A stretch of DNA of 64,000 bases from Pseudobdellovibrionaceae bacterium (GTDB lineage: Bacteria > Bdellovibrionota > Bdellovibrionia > Bdellovibrionales > Bdellovibrionaceae). Of this stretch, positions 1-8,018 are shown piece by piece; position 1 is the first letter of the stretch, and every line of letters begins with the position of its first letter. The notes beneath the pieces are model-generated. The model was given only the letters and a program-made list of their open reading frames with translations. It made no database searches and was not told the DNA's origin. The stretch is from the NCBI GenBank assembly GCA_016719575.1, contig JADJYV010000008.1:15440-79439 (forward strand). The letters are read 5' to 3'. The translations under genes and the position numbers were made by a program.

Positions 1-260
1 AGTTCTGCTAAACGAGAGTTGATAATCGCAGCATTTTCATGTCCGGCGGTCATTGAACTTATAAAAAAGGGAGCTGAAAGTTTGTGCGAAAAAAAAGAGG
101 TCGAACAATCAACCTCTTTAAAATCGAAATCTGGCAATGCTTCATGAATAAGTTGAATGTCATCGAGTCCAGAAAGACCCTCAGCCTGAGAGCGTGGATC
201 CAGAGCGATTCGAATATGATCCATTTTTCTCTTTTCGAATTGCTGTGTGGACTCTGACAT
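1..260 (-). CDS. fni: Type 2 (FMN-dependent) isopentenyl-diphosphate delta-isomerase, N-terminal part; gene runs off the left edge
   Basis: Absent from the ORF track because it is open at the window edge. Hand translation from the ATG at 258-260 gives MSESTQQFEKRKMDHIRIALDPRSQAEGLSGLDDIQLIHEALPDFDFKEVDCSTSFFSHKLSAPFFISSMTAGHENAAIINSRLAE. This matches the remembered IDI-2 N-terminus (RKxxHI..AL, GLDDI..H..LP, P.FI..MTGG). Confidence 0.65.
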   Translation of the reverse strand, partial: MSESTQQFEKRKMDHIRIALDPRSQAEGLSGLDDIQLIHEALPDFDFKEVDCSTSFFSHKLSAPFFISSMTAGHENAAIINSRLAE

Positions 261-282
261 TTTAGTTCTTACTCAAGCAGGC

Positions 283-630
283 TTATTTTAAAGCGTGCTT
301 GCAAAGAGCAGAGAACGCCGCCGCATCAGTAATTGCAAGATCTGCCATCACTTTGCGGTCAACTTGAACTCCAGCTTTGATCAATCCGCCGATCAAACGA
401 GAATATGTGGTTCCGTTCAATCGAGCTGCTGCATTGATACGTTGATTCCAAAGAGCACGAAAGTTACGTTTCTTCATTTTGCGATGACGGTAGGCGTAAG
501 CCATACCACGATCGTTTTTCTCTACCGCATGAATGTAGCAGCGAGAACCTGCTGAATAGTAACCCTTTGTTCTCTTTAAAACTTTTTTGTGACGAGCACG
601 ATTTGTTTTTCCACTTTTTACACGAGCCAT
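283..630 (-). CDS. rplT: 50S ribosomal protein L20
   Basis: The 115 aa ORF begins MARVKSGKTNRARHKKVLKRTKGYY, a canonical L20 N-terminus. A GGAG Shine-Dalgarno lies upstream. It is the last gene of the infC-rpmI-rplT order. Confidence 0.97.
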   Translation of the reverse strand: MARVKSGKTNRARHKKVLKRTKGYYSAGSRCYIHAVEKNDRGMAYAYRHRKMKKRNFRALWNQRINAAARLNGTTYSRLIGGLIKAGVQVDRKVMADLAITDAAAFSALCKHALK

Positions 631-680
631 ATTTTACTCCGCTTATCTGTACTTTTTAACTATACTTCGAGAGGTTGACG

Positions 681-872
681 TTAGAATACCAAGCATCGTC
701 TTGCTTGCAGCAAGTTTGCTTTTTCTACGTATGAAGTTTTACCCAATTGTCTTTTTGTTTTTGAACTCATGTGGGAGTTCAAGTGACGAAGACGTGTGCT
801 TTTCTTTTTGATTTTTCCGCCAGGAAGCAGTTTTAGACGTTTTTTTGCCCCTGAATGCGTGCGCATTTTCAT
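681..872 (-). CDS. rpmI: 50S ribosomal protein L35
   Basis: An internal ATG at 872 gives the 63 aa protein MKMRTHSGAKKRLKLLPGGKIKKKSTRLRHL... (L35 signature). GGAGG lies about 9 nt upstream. The longer 97 aa ORF-track version is an upstream over-extension. Confidence 0.93.
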   Translation of the reverse strand: MKMRTHSGAKKRLKLLPGGKIKKKSTRLRHLNSHMSSKTKRQLGKTSYVEKANLLQARRCLVF

Positions 873-1040
873 AATGTACCTTCCTCCGATAAGGCGTCCC
901 AGGAGATGTCCCGAGTTCTTGTCAAAGCCTTTACCAGCCATAATGAGGAACTGTTTTAGGCTGTACTGCGCCAAAAATCAAGTACTTATAAAATGTTTGT
1001 CGTTTTTTGCTTCTTTTAAATTCGATTTGGCTGAATTTCA

Positions 1041-1073
1041 GGGCCGGCAACTCACCAACCCTTAGGCCGGCCC
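1041..1073 (-). promoter_or_regulatory. GC-only 8-bp stem-loop in the infC-rpmI leader (candidate L20 operator or attenuator element)
   Basis: gggccggc (1041-1048) pairs perfectly with gccggccc (1066-1073) around a 17-nt loop. It lies just after the infC stop, inside a roughly 208-nt leader before rpmI. No U-tract follows it. Confidence 0.3.
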
Positions 1074-1080
1074 CCCGTGT

Positions 1081-1764
1081 CTACTCTTCGTCAGTCTCGC
1101 CAGAGTCGTCCTCTTCGAGGGCTGCAAGCTCTTTAGTATCTTGTTTAGATTTATTCGGATGAGCCCTCATATATTCTTTGATCTTAAGTGGATCAGGGGC
1201 CAACAATAAAAACAATTGCTTACCCTCCATTTTAGGATTGGTCTCCACCATGGCCAAATCTTTAGTGAACTCAATGCACTTTTTCATGATTTCCAGCCCA
1301 AGCTCTTGGTGGGCTAGCTCCCGACCCATAAATCGCAGGTTCACCTTCACTTTGTCGCCATCTAAAAGAAAACGCCTGGCATGGTTCATTTTAGTTTCAA
1401 AATCATGCTGGTCCGTGCGTGGGCGCATCTGAACTTCTTTAATACTTACAATAACTTGTTTTTTGCGGGCCGCAGCGGCCTTTTTCTTATTCTCGTATTT
1501 CCACTTACCGTAATCCATGATTTTACAAGTTGGAGGAGTCGCCGTCGGAGCAATTTCTAGTAGATCGAGATTCCTCTCTTCGGCAATTCTGAGTGCCTCA
1601 GGAACAGTCATTACTCCGAGCATAGTGCCGGCATCATCGATCACTCGAATTTGAGGGGCACGAATCTCGCGATTTACTCTCAATGAGTCTTTAGAGTCTT
1701 TTTTTCGGTCGCGGAAATTACCGGCACCACCTCTAAAATCATTTCTGCCTTCGAACTTGCTAAT
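1081..1764 (-). CDS. infC: Translation initiation factor IF-3, probably initiating at ATT
   Basis: The ORF body reads RVNREIRAPQIRVIDDAG...PPTCKIMDYGKWKYE, typical of IF-3. The frame stays open 27 codons upstream of the TTG at 1683, up to an in-frame ATT (1762-1764, minus strand). That ATT is preceded by GGAGG (1772-1776) with a 6-nt spacer, and sits 21 nt after the thrS stop. Confidence 0.9.
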   Translation of the reverse strand: MSKFEGRNDFRGGAGNFRDRKKDSKDSLRVNREIRAPQIRVIDDAGTMLGVMTVPEALRIAEERNLDLLEIAPTATPPTCKIMDYGKWKYENKKKAAAARKKQVIVSIKEVQMRPRTDQHDFETKMNHARRFLLDGDKVKVNLRFMGRELAHQELGLEIMKKCIEFTKDLAMVETNPKMEGKQLFLLLAPDPLKIKEYMRAHPNKSKQDTKELAALEEDDSGETDEE

Positions 1765-1785
1765 GGGAAACCTCCAGGGTTTTGT

Positions 1786-3759
1786 TTATGTTACAGCCTT
1801 CTGCATTAACGAGGGCTGCAAACTTCTTTCGCTAATATCTTTTAAAATCATCTCTTTAAGCTTCTCAACGGAAACACCTTTGTGTTCCGATCCATCTCGT
1901 AGGCGCAAGGACACCGTTTTCTCTTCTGCCTCTTTATCGCCGACAATCACCATATAAGGGACCTTCTGCATCTGAGCTTCGCGAATCTTAAACTTCAACT
2001 GCTCATTGCGATTATCAAACTCAACACGCACTTGATTGTCCCTAAACATCTTTTGCAGATCCTCGCAAAAGATGTTCACTCGATCGGTAATATTGAGAAT
2101 TGTAACCTGCACGGGAGAGAGCCAAGGAGGCAAATGCCCTGCGGTGTGTTCTAGATACACGCCAATAAATCTCTCTAGCGATCCAAGAATGGCCCGGTGA
2201 AGCATGACTGGCCGATGCTCTCGATTGTCCTCTCCCACATACTCCAACTTGAAAGCTTCAGGCATATTGAAGTCGACCTGCAAAGTTCCTAACTGCCAAG
2301 GTCGATTTAAAGCATCCACAAACATAATATCCAACTTGGGTCCATAGAATGCGCCATCACCAGGATTTACAATGAATGGCAAACTCAAGCCATCAAGGGC
2401 CTTCGCTAAAGCCCCTTCGGCCTTATCCCAAACTTCATCACTGCCCATCCTGTTTTCTGGACGAGTGGATAAATAGACTTTGTAGTTGTCCATCCCCAAC
2501 TGGCTATAAACCCTATTGAGTAGTTTCATAAAATTTGAAATCTCATTTTGCATCTGCTCAATCGTGCAAAAAATGTGAGCGTCATCCTGACAAAAAGTTC
2601 GCACACGAGTAAGGCCGTGCATAGCGCCAGATTTTTCGAAACGATGCAATCTCCCAAAATCAGCCATCCTAAGAGGCAACTGTTTGTAAGAATGCGGCTC
2701 CGATTTAAACAGCAAACAGTGAGAAGGACAGTTCATGGGCTTTGACGCGAAATCTCTTTCGTCAATACGAGTGAAAAAAATATTCTCTTTGTAGTTCGCC
2801 ATATGACCTGAAGTCACAAACAAATTGGCATCAAAGATTTGAGGCGTAATTACTTCCTGGTAGCCAAAATCAAAGTACAGCTCCCGCATATACGTCTGCA
2901 GCTGAGTGTAAATTGTCGCCCCTTTACCGGTAAAGAACGGAGACCCTGGAGCCGACTCATTAAAGTGAAAAAGACCCAGCTCTTTTCCCAGCTTGCGGTG
3001 ATCTCGTTTTTTCGCTTCTTCAATATTCAGTAGATACTGCTCAAGATCTTTTTTGTCGCCAAAGGCGGTTGCGTAAATCCTTTGAAGCATCGGGTTTTTT
3101 TCATCGCCACGCCAGTAGGCGCCCGCCACCGACAACAATTTGAAGGCTTTGATCTGCCCGGAGCTTTGTACGTGTGGCCCCTTACAGAGATCAAACCACT
3201 CGCTTTTATCAGGTGTTCCATTGAAGTAGATGCCAACTTCACTCTCGCCTTTTTGCGCAAGCCCCTCAATAAGCTCAACCTTAAAGCGTTCTTTTTTTTC
3301 TTTAAAGATCTCAATTGCTTTAGTGATGGGCCAGTTTTCTCGCACGATGGGTAAATCTTTACTCACAAGCTCTGCCATCTTTTTTTCGATGACAGCAAAA
3401 TGCTCCTCTGTGAACGTAAAAGGCGAGTCAAAATCGTAATAAAAGCCATTTTCTATTACCGGACCAATTGTTACTTTTACCTCAGGCCAAATATGCTGTA
3501 CGGCCTCTGCCATAATATGAGCCGCTGAATGTCGGATCACCTCGTTGGCTTCCGGCGACTTCGTTGTAATAAGAGAAACCTTTGTATTGTTTTTGAGAGG
3601 GACACGAAGGTCCTCAATCTCTGAAATGCCATTAAGCTTAACTCCTAAGGTTTCTCGCGCCAATCGGGGACCGATCGCCTGAGCCACCTCGAGCGCAGAG
3701 GGTTCGTGATCAAACACCTTCGTCGAATTATCCGGCAGTATAATTGTAATCTGTGACAT
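1786..3759 (-). CDS. thrS: Threonine--tRNA ligase
   Basis: 657 aa from the internal ATG at 3759: MSQITIILPDNSTKVF... (TGS domain), then class II core motifs. It lies upstream of infC as in the canonical operon. The 30 extra N-terminal codons in the ORF track look non-coding. Confidence 0.95.
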   Translation of the reverse strand: MSQITIILPDNSTKVFDHEPSALEVAQAIGPRLARETLGVKLNGISEIEDLRVPLKNNTKVSLITTKSPEANEVIRHSAAHIMAEAVQHIWPEVKVTIGPVIENGFYYDFDSPFTFTEEHFAVIEKKMAELVSKDLPIVRENWPITKAIEIFKEKKERFKVELIEGLAQKGESEVGIYFNGTPDKSEWFDLCKGPHVQSSGQIKAFKLLSVAGAYWRGDEKNPMLQRIYATAFGDKKDLEQYLLNIEEAKKRDHRKLGKELGLFHFNESAPGSPFFTGKGATIYTQLQTYMRELYFDFGYQEVITPQIFDANLFVTSGHMANYKENIFFTRIDERDFASKPMNCPSHCLLFKSEPHSYKQLPLRMADFGRLHRFEKSGAMHGLTRVRTFCQDDAHIFCTIEQMQNEISNFMKLLNRVYSQLGMDNYKVYLSTRPENRMGSDEVWDKAEGALAKALDGLSLPFIVNPGDGAFYGPKLDIMFVDALNRPWQLGTLQVDFNMPEAFKLEYVGEDNREHRPVMLHRAILGSLERFIGVYLEHTAGHLPPWLSPVQVTILNITDRVNIFCEDLQKMFRDNQVRVEFDNRNEQLKFKIREAQMQKVPYMVIVGDKEAEEKTVSLRLRDGSEHKGVSVEKLKEMILKDISERSLQPSLMQKAVT

Positions 3760-3849
3760 TATATATGGGTCGTCGCGATCGTAAAGGCGACACTTGTGTT
3801 GAAAAATAATGAAGTAGCTGATTTCTCGAATAAAAATAGCATCTAACAA

Positions 3850-3878
3850 TAAATAGAATGCTTGAACGAAAGCGTCAA
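3850..3878 (-). promoter_or_regulatory. Candidate sigma-70-type promoter for thrS
   Basis: On the minus strand: TTGACG (3873-3878), a 17-nt spacer, then TATTTA (3850-3855), about 90 nt upstream of the thrS ATG. Confidence 0.25.
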
Positions 3879-3969
3879 TAATATTCGCTAAACAGCTCTC
3901 TTATAGAATTCGTAACAAAGGCCTGGGATGAGCGGGGCAGGCAATGCTGCGTTGCCCTGGTACATTGAC

Positions 3970-4191
3970 CTATTCACGAATTGATAGTCCAGAAGCCTCC
4001 CCTGGATTTCCGACAGAAGCAGGAGATCTGGATCTTCCTCTTTGAGAATCGCCCGCAGGAGCGTTGATTTTGGCTTGATCCTGACCAGAATCTTCACTGA
4101 TTAGCTTGTCAGAGGTTTCCCATGGTTTTAGCAAAAAGATCATGACTGCCATTACAAACAAAAAAAGAAAAATCTTAATGCTGTTCTTCAA
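3970..4191 (-). CDS. Small single-pass membrane or secreted protein, hypothetical
   Basis: 73 aa with a TTG start preceded by AGGAGG at 8 nt. The N-terminus is hydrophobic (IKIFLFLFVMAVMIFLL), followed by a charged low-complexity tail. Confidence 0.45.
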   Translation of the reverse strand: MKNSIKIFLFLFVMAVMIFLLKPWETSDKLISEDSGQDQAKINAPAGDSQRGRSRSPASVGNPGEASGLSIRE

Positions 4192-4289
4192 GGGGAACTC
4201 CTCCTGTAGCTAGGACACTCCCCTTATTCTATGGAATATATTTTTAATAACAAGACCAGTCCAACCTCAAACTGGCCCGTCGACGGGCT

Positions 4290-4315
4290 AAAAAGAGAGC
4301 CGACAGCTCTCTTTT
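4290..4315 (-). terminator. Rho-independent terminator after actF
   Basis: Minus-strand sense AAAAGAGAGC-tgtcg-GCTCTCTTTTT: a 10-bp stem running into a T-tract, about 35 nt after the actF stop. A second palindrome, ggcccgtcgacgggc, follows at 4274-4288. Confidence 0.55.
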
Positions 4316-4347
4316 GCCGCGTCGCATCCCCAAAAGGAAGGCCGTAC

Positions 4348-5553
4348 CTAATAAGAAACGTGGTGGTGGCTGGCTTCGTGGAGGCGTGGGTCTTTGATGG
4401 CTACGAGGCTGTTTTTGCTGAAGAAATTCAATAGGACTGCTAAAAAGAGGCCCGCAAAACCTAAGAAAATTCCGATTTCCCAGAAGCCGAAGGTCAAATG
4501 GCCTTCAAAAAAGTTCGGGTAAACCATCCAAAAGATATCCACGTATTGCATAACTAAAATAAGGCCTGAGACCATCAAGAGATGGTTCTCGTCTCGCTTT
4601 AAGGACTTTGGCAACAAAGCCAAGAATGGAACGACAAAGCGAAAAATAAACAAAGCTAGAGAAATGCCCATCCAGCCATGCTGAGCTCGCATAATAAAGT
4701 ACTCAGTTTCCTCGGGAATATTCGCGTACCAAATCAACATAAACTGCGAAAATGCAATATAGGCCCAAAAAACAGTAAAGCCCTTCATGAATTTAGCGAG
4801 ATCATGAAGATGATCCTCCGTCACATACCCTTTCACGAAACCAGACCTTTTCATGAAAATTGCAATCGGTATAATAATTGCGAAAAAGGATTGAAACATT
4901 CCTGAAAAACAATAGATACCAAAAATCGTACTGTACCAAGTTGGCAAAAGTGACATTAAAGTATCAACGCTAAAAAGCGAAAAGGTGACGGCAAAAAACA
5001 AAACAAAGCCAATTGAATAGCCAACATTTTTATGGGTTAAACTCTCATCGCCCGTCTTATCTTGTTTCAAAGAATTGCCAACCAAGATCTGCCTAAAAGC
5101 AAGCATTCCAAGACCGAAAACCGCCAGGCGCACAACCAAAAATCCAACATTTAAGTAAGAAGTCTTTGACTGAAGAAGTGCGCTCTCGGCCACTTTATCA
5201 TGATCTGCCCAAGGATAGAGGTACTTGAGTCCCAAGATCAGGATAAAGCTCGTCACAACCATAACAGGAATATAAGAAGTTAAACCTTCAGCGTAACGGC
5301 GTACCGAAACACTCCAACCGGCCTTCACAAGATTTTGAATGGCCGACCAAAAAAGACCGCCAAGTCCCGCGCAGGCAAAAAAGAAAAAAGAAACCAAATA
5401 AGAAGCCCAGATTCGCTCTTGATTCTTCATAAGGCCCGCAGCAAAGGTGATCGCACCGATAGCAATAAAAACATAGGTTAAATTTTTGAGCTTTGGAGAC
5501 GCCTCAAATTTGCCAACATGAAGTTCTGTGTGTGAATGATTTGATGATGCCAT
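4348..5553 (-). CDS. actF: Alternative complex III subunit ActF (NrfD/PsrC-like polytopic membrane subunit)
   Basis: A 401 aa multi-TM protein, the last gene of the actABCDEF-order cluster. Confidence 0.8.
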   Translation of the reverse strand: MASSNHSHTELHVGKFEASPKLKNLTYVFIAIGAITFAAGLMKNQERIWASYLVSFFFFACAGLGGLFWSAIQNLVKAGWSVSVRRYAEGLTSYIPVMVVTSFILILGLKYLYPWADHDKVAESALLQSKTSYLNVGFLVVRLAVFGLGMLAFRQILVGNSLKQDKTGDESLTHKNVGYSIGFVLFFAVTFSLFSVDTLMSLLPTWYSTIFGIYCFSGMFQSFFAIIIPIAIFMKRSGFVKGYVTEDHLHDLAKFMKGFTVFWAYIAFSQFMLIWYANIPEETEYFIMRAQHGWMGISLALFIFRFVVPFLALLPKSLKRDENHLLMVSGLILVMQYVDIFWMVYPNFFEGHLTFGFWEIGIFLGFAGLFLAVLLNFFSKNSLVAIKDPRLHEASHHHVSY

Positions 5554-5562
5554 AATTCCGAC

Positions 5563-6123
5563 CTACTTTGTTTCTTTCTGCAAGAAACGAATATAGTTAA
5601 CTAACTGCCAACGAAATGCCTGAGGAACGTGGGAAGCGTGGGGCCCCATCACTCCCTGACCTTCTGTAATCACATGATAAATATGACCGTCTGTCCAAGT
5701 TTTGATTTTATCCGAAACCAAAGGAGGAGGCTTAAGGGCCATCTTCTGTACAACATTGGAGTCAGGATTCCCTTCCCCCTTCTGGCCATGACAAAGCATG
5801 CACTGCAATTCGAAATACTTTTGTCCTACGATCAAAACATCAGATTCCATTTTGCCAGCAAGTGGATTTTGCAAATCCTTTGACGCGCCTTCCACATTGC
5901 CCTTGAATTTATATGGAACGAATCCAACCGGAGCAGTGTTCTCAGCTGGAACTCTCATTCCCATTTGATGAGGTGACGTCTCATCATAAGACTGCGCTTT
6001 GATCGCAGGAGTCACCATCATGTCCTGCATCAACTCAATATTCGGGCTGTTCCCCTTCGGCCCACATGCGGACAAAGCCAAAGTTGCAGCTGCAATCAAA
6101 ATAATATTTTTTTGACTTCCCAT
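5563..6123 (-). CDS. actE: Alternative complex III subunit ActE (monoheme cytochrome c, predicted lipoprotein)
   Basis: 186 aa with a lipobox (LALSAC) and a single CxxCH motif (CMLCHG). Confidence 0.85.
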   Translation of the reverse strand: MGSQKNIILIAAATLALSACGPKGNSPNIELMQDMMVTPAIKAQSYDETSPHQMGMRVPAENTAPVGFVPYKFKGNVEGASKDLQNPLAGKMESDVLIVGQKYFELQCMLCHGQKGEGNPDSNVVQKMALKPPPLVSDKIKTWTDGHIYHVITEGQGVMGPHASHVPQAFRWQLVNYIRFLQKETK

Positions 6124-6124
6124 A

Positions 6125-6652
6125 TCAGTACTCCGCCACTTTTTTTACTTCGACTGCGCCCCACTCCTTGAACAGTCTCTCAATTTTGACTTCGTCATAC
6201 CCAACATCATTTTGTGGGACGAAAATCGCAAACTTATGTGAGGTCAAATCTGGATCAATAACAGGTGGATCCATTTTTGGCATTTTGGTAACATAAAAAA
6301 GAGCTGCAACAGAACAGAGAGCTGCAAACAGTACAGTTAACTCAAATATGACTGGAATAAAGGCCGGCCAACTAAACATCGGCTTACCACCGACATTGAT
6401 TGGCCAATTCACGGCCGAAGTCCACCACGTCAACCACAAACCAAATAACAAGCCTGTGAGTCCAGCAACAAAAGTCACATATGGAATCCAAGATCTTTTT
6501 ATTCCACAAGCTTCTTCCATCCCATGAACAGGATAAGGGGTGATAGCATCAAATTTAGAGAACCCACTTTCACGGGTTTTTGCGGCAGCAGTAATAACAG
6601 AGTGCTCCTCTGTCCAAATCCCAGCGATACCACCAATACTACGCTTTGCCAT
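6125..6652 (-). CDS. actD: Alternative complex III subunit ActD (DUF3341-type membrane protein)
   Basis: 175 aa containing ...DAITPYPVHGMEEA... and ...GGKPMFSWPAFIPVIFELTVLFAA..., as remembered for ActD. It abuts actC and actE with 1-nt gaps. Confidence 0.85.
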   Translation of the reverse strand: MAKRSIGGIAGIWTEEHSVITAAAKTRESGFSKFDAITPYPVHGMEEACGIKRSWIPYVTFVAGLTGLLFGLWLTWWTSAVNWPINVGGKPMFSWPAFIPVIFELTVLFAALCSVAALFYVTKMPKMDPPVIDPDLTSHKFAIFVPQNDVGYDEVKIERLFKEWGAVEVKKVAEY

Positions 6653-6653
6653 A

Positions 6654-8018
6654 CTAGTGCCCCCCTTTTGAGTTCTCTCGTCCTACAGGCAACACAGGCT
6701 TCACCTCAGCAATTGAAATCGCCGGGAAAAATCTGAGATACAACAAGAACAAAGTTAAGAACATACCGAAAGACCCTACGAGAATCGCTCCATCAAAGAA
6801 TGACCAGGGGTAGTTTCCCCAGTTGGCGGGCAAGAAGTCTCGGTGCAAAGAAGTGATCGTGATCACAAATCGCTCAAACCACATACCAATATTCACAAAG
6901 ATAGAAACCACAAACATCACTGGGATCGATCGGCGGAATTTTTTAAACCAGAACAACTGAGGTATCAGAACGTTACAGCTAATCATTGTCCAATAAGACC
7001 AAGCGTAAGGTCCAAAAGCCCGGCTATTGAAAAACACATATTTTTCATAGGGATTTCCAGAATACCAAGCAATGAAAAATTCTGATCCGTAAGCATAACC
7101 AACCATCAGACCCGTCGCCATGATGATCTTGTTCATCACTTCCATATGATCGATGGTAATGTAGTTTTTAAATTCAGGCACGCCTATGCGAACAAGAGTC
7201 ATCAGTGTAACCACCATCGCAAATCCTGAAAAGATCGCTCCTGCTACAAAGTACGGAGGGAAGATTGTGGTATGCCAGCCTGGCAAACTCGAAACTGCGA
7301 AGTCGAACGAAACGATCGTATGAACCGAAAGAACCAAGGGCGTTGAAAGACCTGCGAGAAGCAAATAAAGCATCTCGTAATGACTCCAATTTCTAGCGGT
7401 GCCTCTCCAGCCCATAGACAGAGCCCCATAAATTGTACGACGCAATTTATTCTTTGCACGATCTTTGATCGTCGCAAAGTCAGGAATTAAACCCACATAC
7501 CAAAATACCATCGATACCGTCGCATAAGTAGAGACCGCAAAAACGTCCCACAAAAGTGGCGAACGGAAATTCACCCACAAAGGACCTCGCTGATTCGGAT
7601 ATGGAAACAACCAGTAATCAAGCCAAGGTCTTCCGGTATGCAAGAGCGGGAAGAGCCCTGCTGTCATAACAGCAAAAACTGTCATAGCTTCGGCCGTGCG
7701 GGCCACCGAAGTTCTCCATTTTTGACGAAACAAAAATAATATCGCAGAAATCAATGTTCCCGCATGGCCAATACCGATCCAGAAAACGAAGGTGATAATC
7801 ATCGTTCCCCAGGCGTTCGGATGATTGACACCAAGAAGTCCCATCCCTGTCGAAATGATCGTGCCCATTATAATCACATAGAAAATCAACAGACCCAGAG
7901 CTCCAGTAAATAACCCCAACCACCCCTTTGATGGATAAGCTTCAATCGGAGCACAGATATCATCCGTAATGTCCTTAAGACTCTTATCACCTAAGACTAA
8001 TTTATTACGCGTGATCAT
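6654..8018 (-). CDS. actC: Alternative complex III subunit ActC (NrfD/PsrC-like quinol-interacting membrane subunit)
   Basis: A polytopic membrane protein. The likely start is the ATG at 8018, which overlaps the actB stop by 14 nt. The ORF-track start at 8111 lies inside actB. Confidence 0.85.
   Translation of the reverse strand: MITRNKLVLGDKSLKDITDDICAPIEAYPSKGWLGLFTGALGLLIFYVIIMGTIISTGMGLLGVNHPNAWGTMIITFVFWIGIGHAGTLISAILFLFRQKWRTSVARTAEAMTVFAVMTAGLFPLLHTGRPWLDYWLFPYPNQRGPLWVNFRSPLLWDVFAVSTYATVSMVFWYVGLIPDFATIKDRAKNKLRRTIYGALSMGWRGTARNWSHYEMLYLLLAGLSTPLVLSVHTIVSFDFAVSSLPGWHTTIFPPYFVAGAIFSGFAMVVTLMTLVRIGVPEFKNYITIDHMEVMNKIIMATGLMVGYAYGSEFFIAWYSGNPYEKYVFFNSRAFGPYAWSYWTMISCNVLIPQLFWFKKFRRSIPVMFVVSIFVNIGMWFERFVITITSLHRDFLPANWGNYPWSFFDGAILVGSFGMFLTLFLLYLRFFPAISIAEVKPVLPVGRENSKGGH

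Noticed and set aside
3760-3849. N-terminal over-extensions in the ORF track: thrS to 3849, ssb from 33303, yicC to 43035, dut to 50325, actB to 11199, actC to 8111 and the OMP to 62943.
   Set aside because: In each case an internal Met aligns with the conserved family N-terminus or a signal peptide, and has a better Shine-Dalgarno. The extensions overlap upstream genes or look non-coding.
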